Shown here: positions 55,077-63,228 of the stretch, piece by piece
How the letters are laid out: each line of letters starts with the position of its first letter
How positions within the stretch are numbered: position 1 is the first letter of the stretch
Source: an uncultured Bacteroidales bacterium
GTDB taxonomy: Bacteria; Bacteroidota; Bacteroidia; Bacteroidales; UBA7960
Reading direction: 5' to 3'
Length of the DNA stretch: 64,000 bases
Assembly (NCBI GenBank): GCA_964349365.1
Contig: CAYGFY010000004.1
Span: forward strand, 24,115 to 88,114
The notes under the pieces: model-generated
Database searches by the model: none
What the model saw: the letters and a program-made list of their open reading frames with translations, nothing else
Told to the model about the DNA's origin: nothing
Made by a program: the position numbers and the translations under genes

Positions 55077-55859
55077 TTACTTGATTATCCTAAAATTTCT
55101 TGATGAAGTTCTGCTCGTGGTTGCAACCGTGGCCACCGACTCGATGGTGCCGCGGGTATTGTCATCAACGGTTGCCTCTATCAAATGCTGAATGAGTAGT
55201 GCCCGGGTAAGATTCTCGCGCACGTAGTTAAAACCAAACTCGGTAAGGTTGCCTGTAAAGTTGCCGTTGGCATCAAATTCAAAACATGTAATTGGAGCCG
55301 ATGGCCATAGTTGCCTAACATCCGCACGGTTCATTTGCAAACTAATTTTGTGAACAATGGCGGAAAAATCGGAATTCGGCATGGCATTAATAAGAGCAGG
55401 CCCCTCCTGCACCAACAAGCTAAAACCGGTTGCCACCACAAACGGGCAAACAATTACGTATGCGTTTTCGGCGGTTTGATAGTAAAGATTTAAAGATTCT
55501 CCGGCTTGAGGGTAGCTTCGAATAAGTGTTCTTGGAATAAACAACGAATCGGTTCTATGAGTAACCTGAAAAAGCTTCGGGGCGCCGCTAACGGTAATTT
55601 GCATTCTAACAGAGTAATTCTTTACCGAGAATCCCCTGTAAAAAAATGAAATATTGTTCATGTCGTCGTTGGTTGCCCAAGCCACCGTGCGTAGCATCAG
55701 TGTATCGTTAACCTTGGCGTCGGGCATTTGAGCAAGAAGGTTAAATGGAGCTAAATTGCCGGTAAGAATACCCTGATCACCGAGGGGGTCATTTTTTTCG
55801 CATGACAAAACCATAGTGGCGGCAACCGCTAAAAGCATTAGGTTTTTAATTACTTTCAT
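55077..55859 (-). CDS. Hypothetical surface lipoprotein in the SusE/F position
   Basis: Lipobox MLLAVAATMVLSC. No recognisable domain. The gene lies directly downstream of susD. Confidence 0.65.
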   Translation of the reverse strand: MKVIKNLMLLAVAATMVLSCEKNDPLGDQGILTGNLAPFNLLAQMPDAKVNDTLMLRTVAWATNDDMNNISFFYRGFSVKNYSVRMQITVSGAPKLFQVTHRTDSLFIPRTLIRSYPQAGESLNLYYQTAENAYVIVCPFVVATGFSLLVQEGPALINAMPNSDFSAIVHKISLQMNRADVRQLWPSAPITCFEFDANGNFTGNLTEFGFNYVRENLTRALLIQHLIEATVDDNTRGTIESVATVATTSRTSSRNFRIIK

Positions 55860-55880
55860 CTTTATGTACTTTTGGTGTTT

Positions 55881-57362
55881 TTACAGTGTTGAATTAATAA
55901 CCCACCAGAATGGGGTGACAACCCAATTAGGATTTCTGGCCCCAAGGCGCTCCATTTCATTTGGATTGTAGATGTACTCCGTTTGCGGGTCGTATGGAAG
56001 CCTCTGGAGCCAAGCACCATTATAAGCAGGAAGGGCGTTAACCGGGTATTCGAGTCCGGGGTAGGCCCTGGTGGAGTACTTGTACCTTCGCATATCAACC
56101 CAGGTTTCGGGTTGCAAGTAAAGTGCAATGTATTTTTGCAACATAATGTCACTTATTTTGAGAGCGGCTGCACTTTGGGCAACTGCCGGAGAAGCCAAGT
56201 AGGCATTCATTTCATCGGCAGTAACGCCAAGCCTTTGGAAGTTTGCTCTAATGCCATTTATGTATGCATTGTATGCCCTGGTTGGGTTCGGCAAGTAAAA
56301 CGCCGCCTCGGCCTCTATAAACCACAACTCTTCGGTTGTAATGAATACTATCGGAGAATTGTCTCTAGTCCAGTAACCGTTATAAAGATTTGCAAAATCA
56401 TCGATGCTCAAGGCACCCCTACCTGCGCTTGCGGGAACTCCTAAGTATCTACCGTTTCTGCCAGGAGTGGTAAGTTTGAAAAGTCGGGGGTCGAGCTGGC
56501 CAGAAAGGTTCATGGCATTCATGAAAAAAGTGGTGCTCACAGAAGTGTTGAGAGAGTTCCTGATATCGGTAAAATCCCACTGTGGGCTTGGGCGCGAAGG
56601 GCCCCACATGTTAATGTGCCAGTCAGTTGACGGGGCGTCCCTATAGGCGTAAAGCGGCTCCATCCATGATGCTTTTGCAAGGTCAATTGCATTTAAAACT
56701 TGTTGGTAGCCTCCCGATTTAAAGTTTGCCGTATTTAGTAGCATCCTTGCCCTGATGGCGTGGGCAAAGGCTCTCCAATGATTAATGTTGCCGCCAAAAA
56801 TATGATCTTCGGCACTGGTCATTGCCCTATTTTGAGGAGTTGACAAGTTTAGCGCTTCAATACCTTCGGCAAGCATTCTGGCAACCTCGGCATAAACCAC
56901 TTCCTGAGTATCGTAGGTGGGGTTGTAGATACCAGTAAAGGCCTGCAACACTGGCATGTCGCCAAAAATATCGGTTGAGGTCAGGTAAGAGAAGGCCATC
57001 ATTATTTTTCCAACACCAACGTAGTTTTGCGAGCCTTCTTCTTGAGCAAAAAGTATCATCTTGTTGGCATTGCCGGCAACATCGAAATAGTGACGACGCC
57101 AGGGGTTAATGCGCAGGATGTTACGATAATCCCACCTGTCCTTGACGGCGTTAGTGCCAAATTCGGTAGTAACGTATTGAGTAACGTAGGCGCTGGCCTC
57201 GGCATGAGAGTACAGCGAGTATGCCATGTTGCCCAACACTGCAGGTAGCATAAAGTTGGGAGTAGTCTTTTGGTCACTGTCAAGCGGTTCGTTTACGTCC
57301 AAGAACTTGGAGCACCCAAACAAAGCCACAAATACTGCTAAGTATATAATATTCTTTTTCAT
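55881..57362 (-). CDS. susD: SusD/RagB-family nutrient-binding outer-membrane lipoprotein
   Basis: Lipobox VALFGCSKF. It is 493 aa and TPR-like helical in composition. It starts 5 nt after the SusC-like gene, which is the classical susC-susD pairing. Confidence 0.88.
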   Translation of the reverse strand: MKKNIIYLAVFVALFGCSKFLDVNEPLDSDQKTTPNFMLPAVLGNMAYSLYSHAEASAYVTQYVTTEFGTNAVKDRWDYRNILRINPWRRHYFDVAGNANKMILFAQEEGSQNYVGVGKIMMAFSYLTSTDIFGDMPVLQAFTGIYNPTYDTQEVVYAEVARMLAEGIEALNLSTPQNRAMTSAEDHIFGGNINHWRAFAHAIRARMLLNTANFKSGGYQQVLNAIDLAKASWMEPLYAYRDAPSTDWHINMWGPSRPSPQWDFTDIRNSLNTSVSTTFFMNAMNLSGQLDPRLFKLTTPGRNGRYLGVPASAGRGALSIDDFANLYNGYWTRDNSPIVFITTEELWFIEAEAAFYLPNPTRAYNAYINGIRANFQRLGVTADEMNAYLASPAVAQSAAALKISDIMLQKYIALYLQPETWVDMRRYKYSTRAYPGLEYPVNALPAYNGAWLQRLPYDPQTEYIYNPNEMERLGARNPNWVVTPFWWVINSTL

Positions 57363-57367
57363 GACGA

Positions 57368-60300
57368 TTAAAATTTAAGGTTAATACCAAGTGTAACGGC
57401 TCTTCTTATCGGCACCTGGAAAAAATCGACGCCCATGGTTCCTGCTCCGCTTGCACCGCCACCAGGACCAGCATTATTTACTTCCGGATCGCCTCCTGAA
57501 TAGTTGGTAAACAAAAGGGAATTCTGCAAGTTAAGGTTAATGCTTGCCTCTTTGAGCCTTATGCCCGACAACCATCCCTTGGGTAAGTTATAAGTTAAGT
57601 TGACCGTTCTAAGCCTTATCCAGAAAACCTCCTCCACGAAGTTTGTGCCAGCAAGGTTGTAGAAGTTGTTAAAGAAAACTTGGTCTATAAATATTGGTCT
57701 GGTATTTGGAACAAATGACCCGTCAGCTTGCTCTACAACCCCATCGAAAACGAATTCGCGGTTGCGATAATTTTCAAGCATTTTGTGACCACCATTTGAA
57801 AGGAGTGCTTGACTTGATGCGTTTAACAACTGGGCACCCATGGCTCCATCAATCAGGAATGAAATCTCGAAGTTTTTTATTCTAAGATTGTTGTTAAAGC
57901 CGTAATAGAACTTGGGCTCACGGTTGCCAATGTACCTTTTTCTTGTGTCAATTCTCGGGTATCCGTTTGCATCAACTATTACCTGCCCTTTATCATTGCG
58001 CAAGTAATCGGTTCCGACTATTCCGAAGAGAGCCTCTCCCAGCCAAGAACTGGCAATGGCTTGCGAGGAAACCTGCCCGAATGTTACCGGAAATTCCACC
58101 AAATCGCCGAACAGCTTGGTTAGACGCGACCTGTTTCCAAAACCGTTGAGCGAAAATTCCCAATCTAAGTCTTTTCTCCTAATAGGCTTTACGGAGAGCA
58201 ATATTTCTATTCCCTTGTTCTCAACCGAGCCCGAGTTTACCGCTTGCAGAATCGCACCAGTTACCGGTGTAACCCTGGGCTGGATAATTTGGTCGTTTGA
58301 TATCCTGCTGTAGTAGGTGAAGTCAACACTAAAGAGACCTTCCCAAAACCTAAGGTCAACTCCCAACTCTAACTCTTGGGTAATTTCTGGCCTAAGGTTC
58401 GGATTACCTGCAAATGCATCGTTTCTCCAGCCTTCACCAATGCCGAAAAATTGGGATAGTGTTTGGGTTAACCTGTGCGGAGGTGCATCCTTACCCACTT
58501 GCGAGTAACTGGCTCTTACCTTACCAAAAGAAAGCACCTTCTGGTTCGAGCCAAGTAATTCGTTAAAAATAAAGGCACCACTAACTGATGGTGAGAAGAA
58601 AGAGCGATTTTTCAAGGGCAAGGTTGACGACCAGTCGTTTCTGGCCGAAAAACCTAGAACCAACATGCGATTGTAGTCAACGGTAACGTCGCCAAAAACA
58701 CCAACAATCCTCCTTCTGGAGGTTGATTGGGTATTTCGCACGTTAATAAGGTTATTAATTGAGTGCAGGGTTGGATTCCTGAACCTCTCACCCTCAACGA
58801 AAGTATTCCTTGCAAAATCGGATTGAGCGTTGTGTCCGGCAATTGCCGTTATCCGCAGTTTTTCGCTAAAAGGATAGTCGGCAGTGGCAAGGAAGGTAGA
58901 GGTAATCTTTTCGCTTTCGCGATTAAACTCGCTAATAGCTCCCTGAAAATTGGCCGAACCCGCGGAGCCGGGTTCGTGAACTGCCTTGTAATGCTGCTGG
59001 AAGTAGTCGCGGCCAGCGGTGTAGTTGAATGTTAGCCATTCGGTTGCCTGGAAAACAGCATTTATTGAATTAATATTGCGGCTAACGTTATCGTTGCGAA
59101 CTTGATGGTAAGCACTCCACATTGGGTTGTCTGGAACGTTGACCAAGTTGCCGTCAATTGGTATCCAAACATTTCGTTCGCTTCCATTTTCGTTTAAGTA
59201 TTGGGCCATATTGTCCCAACGAGGCCACCTGTAAACATTTTGCAACCACCCACCACTAGCGCTGAAAATTCCCATCTTGTTGTTGGTTTTAATTATGTTG
59301 GAAGTGGTGGTTACGGTAATTTTGGGGTTAAGTTTCACGGAGGCGTTGAGCATTGCCGAGTTTCTGCCGAAAAAAGTATTTGGCACAATTCCCTCCTCGC
59401 CGAGTGTAGAAATTGACAAGAAATAGGTTAGGCTTCCGGCACCACCACGCACGTTGGCATCAACCTTGTTGGCCAAACCTGTTTGGAAAAAGTTGCCAAG
59501 GTTGTCGTAAACCTTATCGCTTCTGAGTAAAGGAGGCCCCCAGTGAGTTAAGGTGCGAGGGTTGAACAAGCCTGCAGCACCTGTCGAGTAGGTATTTTGC
59601 AAGCCATGGAGTTTACCTACCTGCGATAGGGTGGTGGAAGTTGCAACACCTGCACTTACAACACCTTCCTTGCCCCTCTTTGTTGTGATGATAATGGCTC
59701 CATTGGCTGCATCAATTCCATAAAGGGCAGCAGCCGCGGCACCCTTCAAAATAGAGATAGACTCAATGTCGTTGGGGTTAATGTCGGCGGCACGGTTTGT
59801 TGTGCCACGCATTGTGGCGTTTGAAATGGGTATCCCGTCAATTACGAACAGGGGCTGGTTGTCGCCATCAACTGAGGTTGCACCCCTGAGGATAATCTCT
59901 GATGATGACCCGGGTGCGCCGCCGGTTGATGTAATTTGGACTCCCGAAATCCGCCCTTGAAGCGAGTTAACAACGTTTTCTTGCCTGGAGGCCATAATAC
60001 TTTCGGAACCAACGCTCTGTACGTTGTAGGTCAACGTGCGTTCTTCCCTTCTGATACCCAGTGCAGTAATAACAACTTGCTCGAGCATGGTTGCCAAGGG
60101 TTGGAGCGCAACATTAATAACCGCTTGAGTGCCGACCAGAATCTCGGCAGTCTCCATCCCAACGAAACGGAACTGCAGTACATCGGCGGCAGAGGCAGTA
60201 ATGGAGTACGACCCGTCAATGTCGGTAATTGTACCTGTGGTGGTACCTTTTATTACAACTGTTGCCCCGATAATGGTTGTTCCGTCGGAGGCATCGGTTA

Positions 60301-60385
60301 CCGTTCCGGTAACTAGCCTCTGCTGACCAAGGGCATTGGTGGCAAGGATTGCCATAAAGGCCAGAATTACAAAGGTTTTCTTCAT
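57368..60385 (-). CDS. susC: SusC/RagA-family TonB-dependent outer-membrane transporter
   Basis: A signal peptide is followed by a CarboxypepD_reg N-domain (VTGTVTDASDGTTIIGATVVIKGTTTGTITDIDGSYSI), a plug domain (PLFVIDGIP, SISILKGAAAAALYG) and a C-terminal beta-barrel ending in ..LGINLKF. There is no STN domain. Confidence 0.93.
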   Translation of the reverse strand: MKKTFVILAFMAILATNALGQQRLVTGTVTDASDGTTIIGATVVIKGTTTGTITDIDGSYSITASAADVLQFRFVGMETAEILVGTQAVINVALQPLATMLEQVVITALGIRREERTLTYNVQSVGSESIMASRQENVVNSLQGRISGVQITSTGGAPGSSSEIILRGATSVDGDNQPLFVIDGIPISNATMRGTTNRAADINPNDIESISILKGAAAAALYGIDAANGAIIITTKRGKEGVVSAGVATSTTLSQVGKLHGLQNTYSTGAAGLFNPRTLTHWGPPLLRSDKVYDNLGNFFQTGLANKVDANVRGGAGSLTYFLSISTLGEEGIVPNTFFGRNSAMLNASVKLNPKITVTTTSNIIKTNNKMGIFSASGGWLQNVYRWPRWDNMAQYLNENGSERNVWIPIDGNLVNVPDNPMWSAYHQVRNDNVSRNINSINAVFQATEWLTFNYTAGRDYFQQHYKAVHEPGSAGSANFQGAISEFNRESEKITSTFLATADYPFSEKLRITAIAGHNAQSDFARNTFVEGERFRNPTLHSINNLINVRNTQSTSRRRIVGVFGDVTVDYNRMLVLGFSARNDWSSTLPLKNRSFFSPSVSGAFIFNELLGSNQKVLSFGKVRASYSQVGKDAPPHRLTQTLSQFFGIGEGWRNDAFAGNPNLRPEITQELELGVDLRFWEGLFSVDFTYYSRISNDQIIQPRVTPVTGAILQAVNSGSVENKGIEILLSVKPIRRKDLDWEFSLNGFGNRSRLTKLFGDLVEFPVTFGQVSSQAIASSWLGEALFGIVGTDYLRNDKGQVIVDANGYPRIDTRKRYIGNREPKFYYGFNNNLRIKNFEISFLIDGAMGAQLLNASSQALLSNGGHKMLENYRNREFVFDGVVEQADGSFVPNTRPIFIDQVFFNNFYNLAGTNFVEEVFWIRLRTVNLTYNLPKGWLSGIRLKEASINLNLQNSLLFTNYSGGDPEVNNAGPGGGASGAGTMGVDFFQVPIRRAVTLGINLKF

Positions 60386-60539
60386 AATGATTAGTTTTGG
60401 TGTTTATGATTGATTAGAAAGTTGAGTTTTTTATAGTGATTATCATTAAATTATGCCGCTAATTTAGGTTTGCAAGAAAAATGTGGTTAACTGACCATTT
60501 CCGGGAAAAAAATTGTTCAAAAATACTAAAAAAACTCTT

Positions 60540-61367
60540 TCAATCTCTGGGCTTGCAAAAGGTGTCGAGTACTTTTTTGACAGACCCTTGCTGCAAAAGA
60601 AGTTCCCGGGCTTTTACCTCCTCCATTCCCAACTCTTCCATTATCATTCGAGTGCCTCTTTTTACCAACTTTTGGTTTGTTAGCTGCATGTTTACCATTT
60701 TGTTTCCCTTAACCCTTCCCAATTTTATCATTATGGTGGTGGTAATCATATTAAGCACCATCTTTTGAGCCGTTCCAGCTTTTAGCCTCGTGCTTCCGGT
60801 TACGAATTCTGGCCCAACAACGGCCTCGATTGGATATTCAGCTTCCATTGCCACTTGAGAGTAAGGGTTACAGGTAATGCAACCCGTGAGAATACCATTT
60901 TGCCGGGCAATCTTCAAACCTCCTACTACGTAAGGAGTGCTTCCCGATGCGGCTATCCCAATTACAGTGTCGAGTTCGTCGATACCCCTTTCCTTTAATT
61001 CCTCCCAAGCTTTTTCGGGGTCGTCTTCTGCAGCCTCCACGGCCTTTCGCAGTGCTCTGTCGCCTCCGGCAATTAATCCAACAACCAGCCCTTCGGGGGC
61101 ACCAAAAGTGGGTGGAAGCTCCGAAGCATCGAGCACTCCCAGGCGGCCACTAGTACCGGCACCAAGGTAGAAAATCCTGCCACCCAATTTCATGCGCTTC
61201 AGTATCTCAACTATTAGTGCCTCTACTTGTGGCAAGGCTTTTTGCACGGCAACGTGTACCTTGGCATCCTCCTGGTTTATGGCGGTTATTAGTTCAGAAA
61301 CCGACATCTTGTCGAGGTTCTCGAACTGCGAGGGCGACTCGGTAATGTTTAGTTCAAATTTCTCCAT
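60540..61367 (-). CDS. murQ: N-acetylmuramic acid 6-phosphate etherase
   Basis: TE..S..ENLDKMSVSELITAINQEDAKVHVAV ... GGRIFYLGAGTSGRLGVLDASELPPTFG ... GIAASGSTPYV ... GPEFVTGSTRLKAGTAQKMVLNMITT ... MVNMQLTNQKL shows near-canonical MurQ/SIS motifs. Confidence 0.93.
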   Translation of the reverse strand: MEKFELNITESPSQFENLDKMSVSELITAINQEDAKVHVAVQKALPQVEALIVEILKRMKLGGRIFYLGAGTSGRLGVLDASELPPTFGAPEGLVVGLIAGGDRALRKAVEAAEDDPEKAWEELKERGIDELDTVIGIAASGSTPYVVGGLKIARQNGILTGCITCNPYSQVAMEAEYPIEAVVGPEFVTGSTRLKAGTAQKMVLNMITTTIMIKLGRVKGNKMVNMQLTNQKLVKRGTRMIMEELGMEEVKARELLLQQGSVKKVLDTFCKPRD

Positions 61368-61382
61368 TTGGTTTTGCCAAAG

Positions 61383-62240
61383 TTATATTGGTGGACAGTA
61401 CTGCAAAACGTGGTATTCTAACAAGCCCTCGATTGGGTCTTTTATTACCCTCCCAATTTCATAACCACATTCATTGGCGGCAAGTTGCAAAACATCATTA
61501 AAATGCCAAGCAATGCTACCTGTAAAGTGTATGGTTTTAATTTCGGTTTCTTCGGAATATTGGCGTATGTTACGCTCAAAAAACTCTTTGAATGATGCCC
61601 TTACCAGGTTGTGCAAGGGTTTCTCGTTAATGTTTTTTGACAAAAAAACCGTAAAGGTTGCCAAGTATCTGTTTGGAAAGGGCTTTCGGTAAACATTATC
61701 CATAATTTCGGCAGCAGTTTGGCCGCAAAAATCCGAAAAGCGATCAATAAGTTCTTTTGGAAGTTGGTTTTTCAAAACATCTGACACAAGTTTGCGACCC
61801 ATAACAGCACCACTCCCTTCATCGCCGAGTATAAAGCCCAATGGCGAAACGTTTTTTATAATATCTTTTCCGTCATACAGGCAGGAGTTTGAGCCTGTAC
61901 CAAGTATGGCAGCCATGCCTTTTGAATGCAGGCAAAGCGACCGGGCTGCACCAAGCAAATCGCTTGCCACCAAAATGTTTCCTGTTGCAAAAAACTTCCG
62001 TAGTGCATCCTCCACTATTTTGTTCTTTTGGGCATTAGCGCAACCAGCACCATAAAAAGCAACTTCCTCAATTTTGTCCCCGGCAAGATCGAACTCGGAA
62101 GTTAAAGTTTTGAGAATCTCGTCGGTGGTTTGAAAAAAAGGATTTATCCCTTGGGTAGTACAAGTTTGCAAACTTCCCGAAACTTTATCGGCAAGAACCC
62201 ATCTGGTTTTGGTTGATCCACTATCTGCTATAAGAATCAT
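61383..62240 (-). CDS. BadF/BadG/BcrA/BcrD-type sugar kinase (GlcNAc/MurNAc kinase, MurK-like)
   Basis: The N-terminal phosphate-1 motif is ILIADSGSTKTRW, followed by ILGTGSNS and LGDEGSG motifs. The gene is 285 aa and ends 15 nt upstream of the murQ start codon. Confidence 0.8.
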   Translation of the reverse strand: MILIADSGSTKTRWVLADKVSGSLQTCTTQGINPFFQTTDEILKTLTSEFDLAGDKIEEVAFYGAGCANAQKNKIVEDALRKFFATGNILVASDLLGAARSLCLHSKGMAAILGTGSNSCLYDGKDIIKNVSPLGFILGDEGSGAVMGRKLVSDVLKNQLPKELIDRFSDFCGQTAAEIMDNVYRKPFPNRYLATFTVFLSKNINEKPLHNLVRASFKEFFERNIRQYSEETEIKTIHFTGSIAWHFNDVLQLAANECGYEIGRVIKDPIEGLLEYHVLQYCPPI

Positions 62241-62390
62241 GTTTTAAAAAAAGTAGAGCTTTGCTAATAAAAACCTAACTGATAAAGACTTACAAGTTAA
62301 ATCAAAAATGACGTCAAATTCTCCAAGCCTAATGCAAGACCAGGCCATGAAGATATAAAAAAACTACTTTGCTCTTAACATTTTCTTAAA

Positions 62391-62420
62391 ATTTTTTAAT
62401 AATTTTTAATAATTTTTAAA
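62391..62420. repeat. Three tandem 10-bp A/T-tract units in the divergent promoter region
   Basis: attttttaat / aatttttaat / aatttttaaa is read directly. The helical-phase periodicity suggests intrinsic DNA bending. Confidence 0.6.
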
Positions 62421-62540
62421 AACTCCGACGGGCGGGCAGTTAAACGAAACAACTAAACAAATTAACAGCCACACATTTCAACTTTCAACTTATGGCATTA
62501 GGCTGCCAACTTTTTACTAATTTCGTAAAAATTTTGAAAA

Positions 62541-63218
62541 ATGGAAAGGTACATACGCAACCAGAACATGCTCAGCAAGGAAGAGAACCAACGCCTAATG
62601 GACTTCAAGGTTGTTGTGGTTGGCTGCGGCGGCCTGGGTGGATACATTATCGAAATGCTTTCAAGGTTAGGAATAGGCCAAATCACCATGGTTGACGGCG
62701 ATGTTTTCGAATCTTCAAACCTTAATAGGCAGCTACTCTCCACGCCCGAAAATCTTGGCAGGAATAAGTCCTGTATTGCCCTTGAAAGGGTTAATACCAT
62801 TAATCCCGATATTAATGCGGTTGCCATTCAAGAATTGCTTACCGATGAGAGTGCCGAAAGGATTCTAAAAGGTCACGATGTTGTTTGCGACGCGCTGGAT
62901 AATTTAAAAACCAGACGCTTGCTGCAAAAGCACTGCGAAAAGTTGGAAATACCAATGGTTTTGGGGGCAATTGCAGGCTGGTACGCACAGGTTAGCACCA
63001 TTATGCCGGGAGATGGAACAATTGATAAAATCTTCCCTCCGGAGTTCGAGAAAGGAGCCGAAACCTATTTCGGAAATCCTTCGTTCACACCCGCCCTTGC
63101 TGCTTCAATTCAGGTGGCCGAGGTTTTGAAGGTTCTTTTGAAAAAGGGCAATATTTTGCAGAATAAATTTCTTTCCATTGACTTGTTGGAACAAACCTAC
63201 CAAGTTGTTGATTTGTAA
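62541..63218 (+). CDS. HesA/MoeB/ThiF-family adenylyltransferase (E1-like, no rhodanese domain)
   Basis: Nucleotide-binding motif VVVVGCGGLGGYIIEMLSRLGIGQITMVDGDVFESSNLNRQ. The gene lies directly upstream of moeA. Confidence 0.82.
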   Translation: MERYIRNQNMLSKEENQRLMDFKVVVVGCGGLGGYIIEMLSRLGIGQITMVDGDVFESSNLNRQLLSTPENLGRNKSCIALERVNTINPDINAVAIQELLTDESAERILKGHDVVCDALDNLKTRRLLQKHCEKLEIPMVLGAIAGWYAQVSTIMPGDGTIDKIFPPEFEKGAETYFGNPSFTPALAASIQVAEVLKVLLKKGNILQNKFLSIDLLEQTYQVVDL

Positions 63219-63228
63219 ATTTTTATAA

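Noticed and set aside
60518-60525. TATTTTTG (minus strand) between murQ and susC, considered as an internal -7 promoter box
   Set aside because: It matches TAnnTTTG, but I found no suitably spaced -33 TTTG element, so I did not list it as a feature. An internal susC promoter remains possible and would need 5'-end mapping.
62391-62420. Tandem 10-bp repeats considered as a possible CRISPR or mobile-element end
   Set aside because: There are only three contiguous A/T-only units with no spacers. No cas, integrase or transposase genes are present anywhere in the window.
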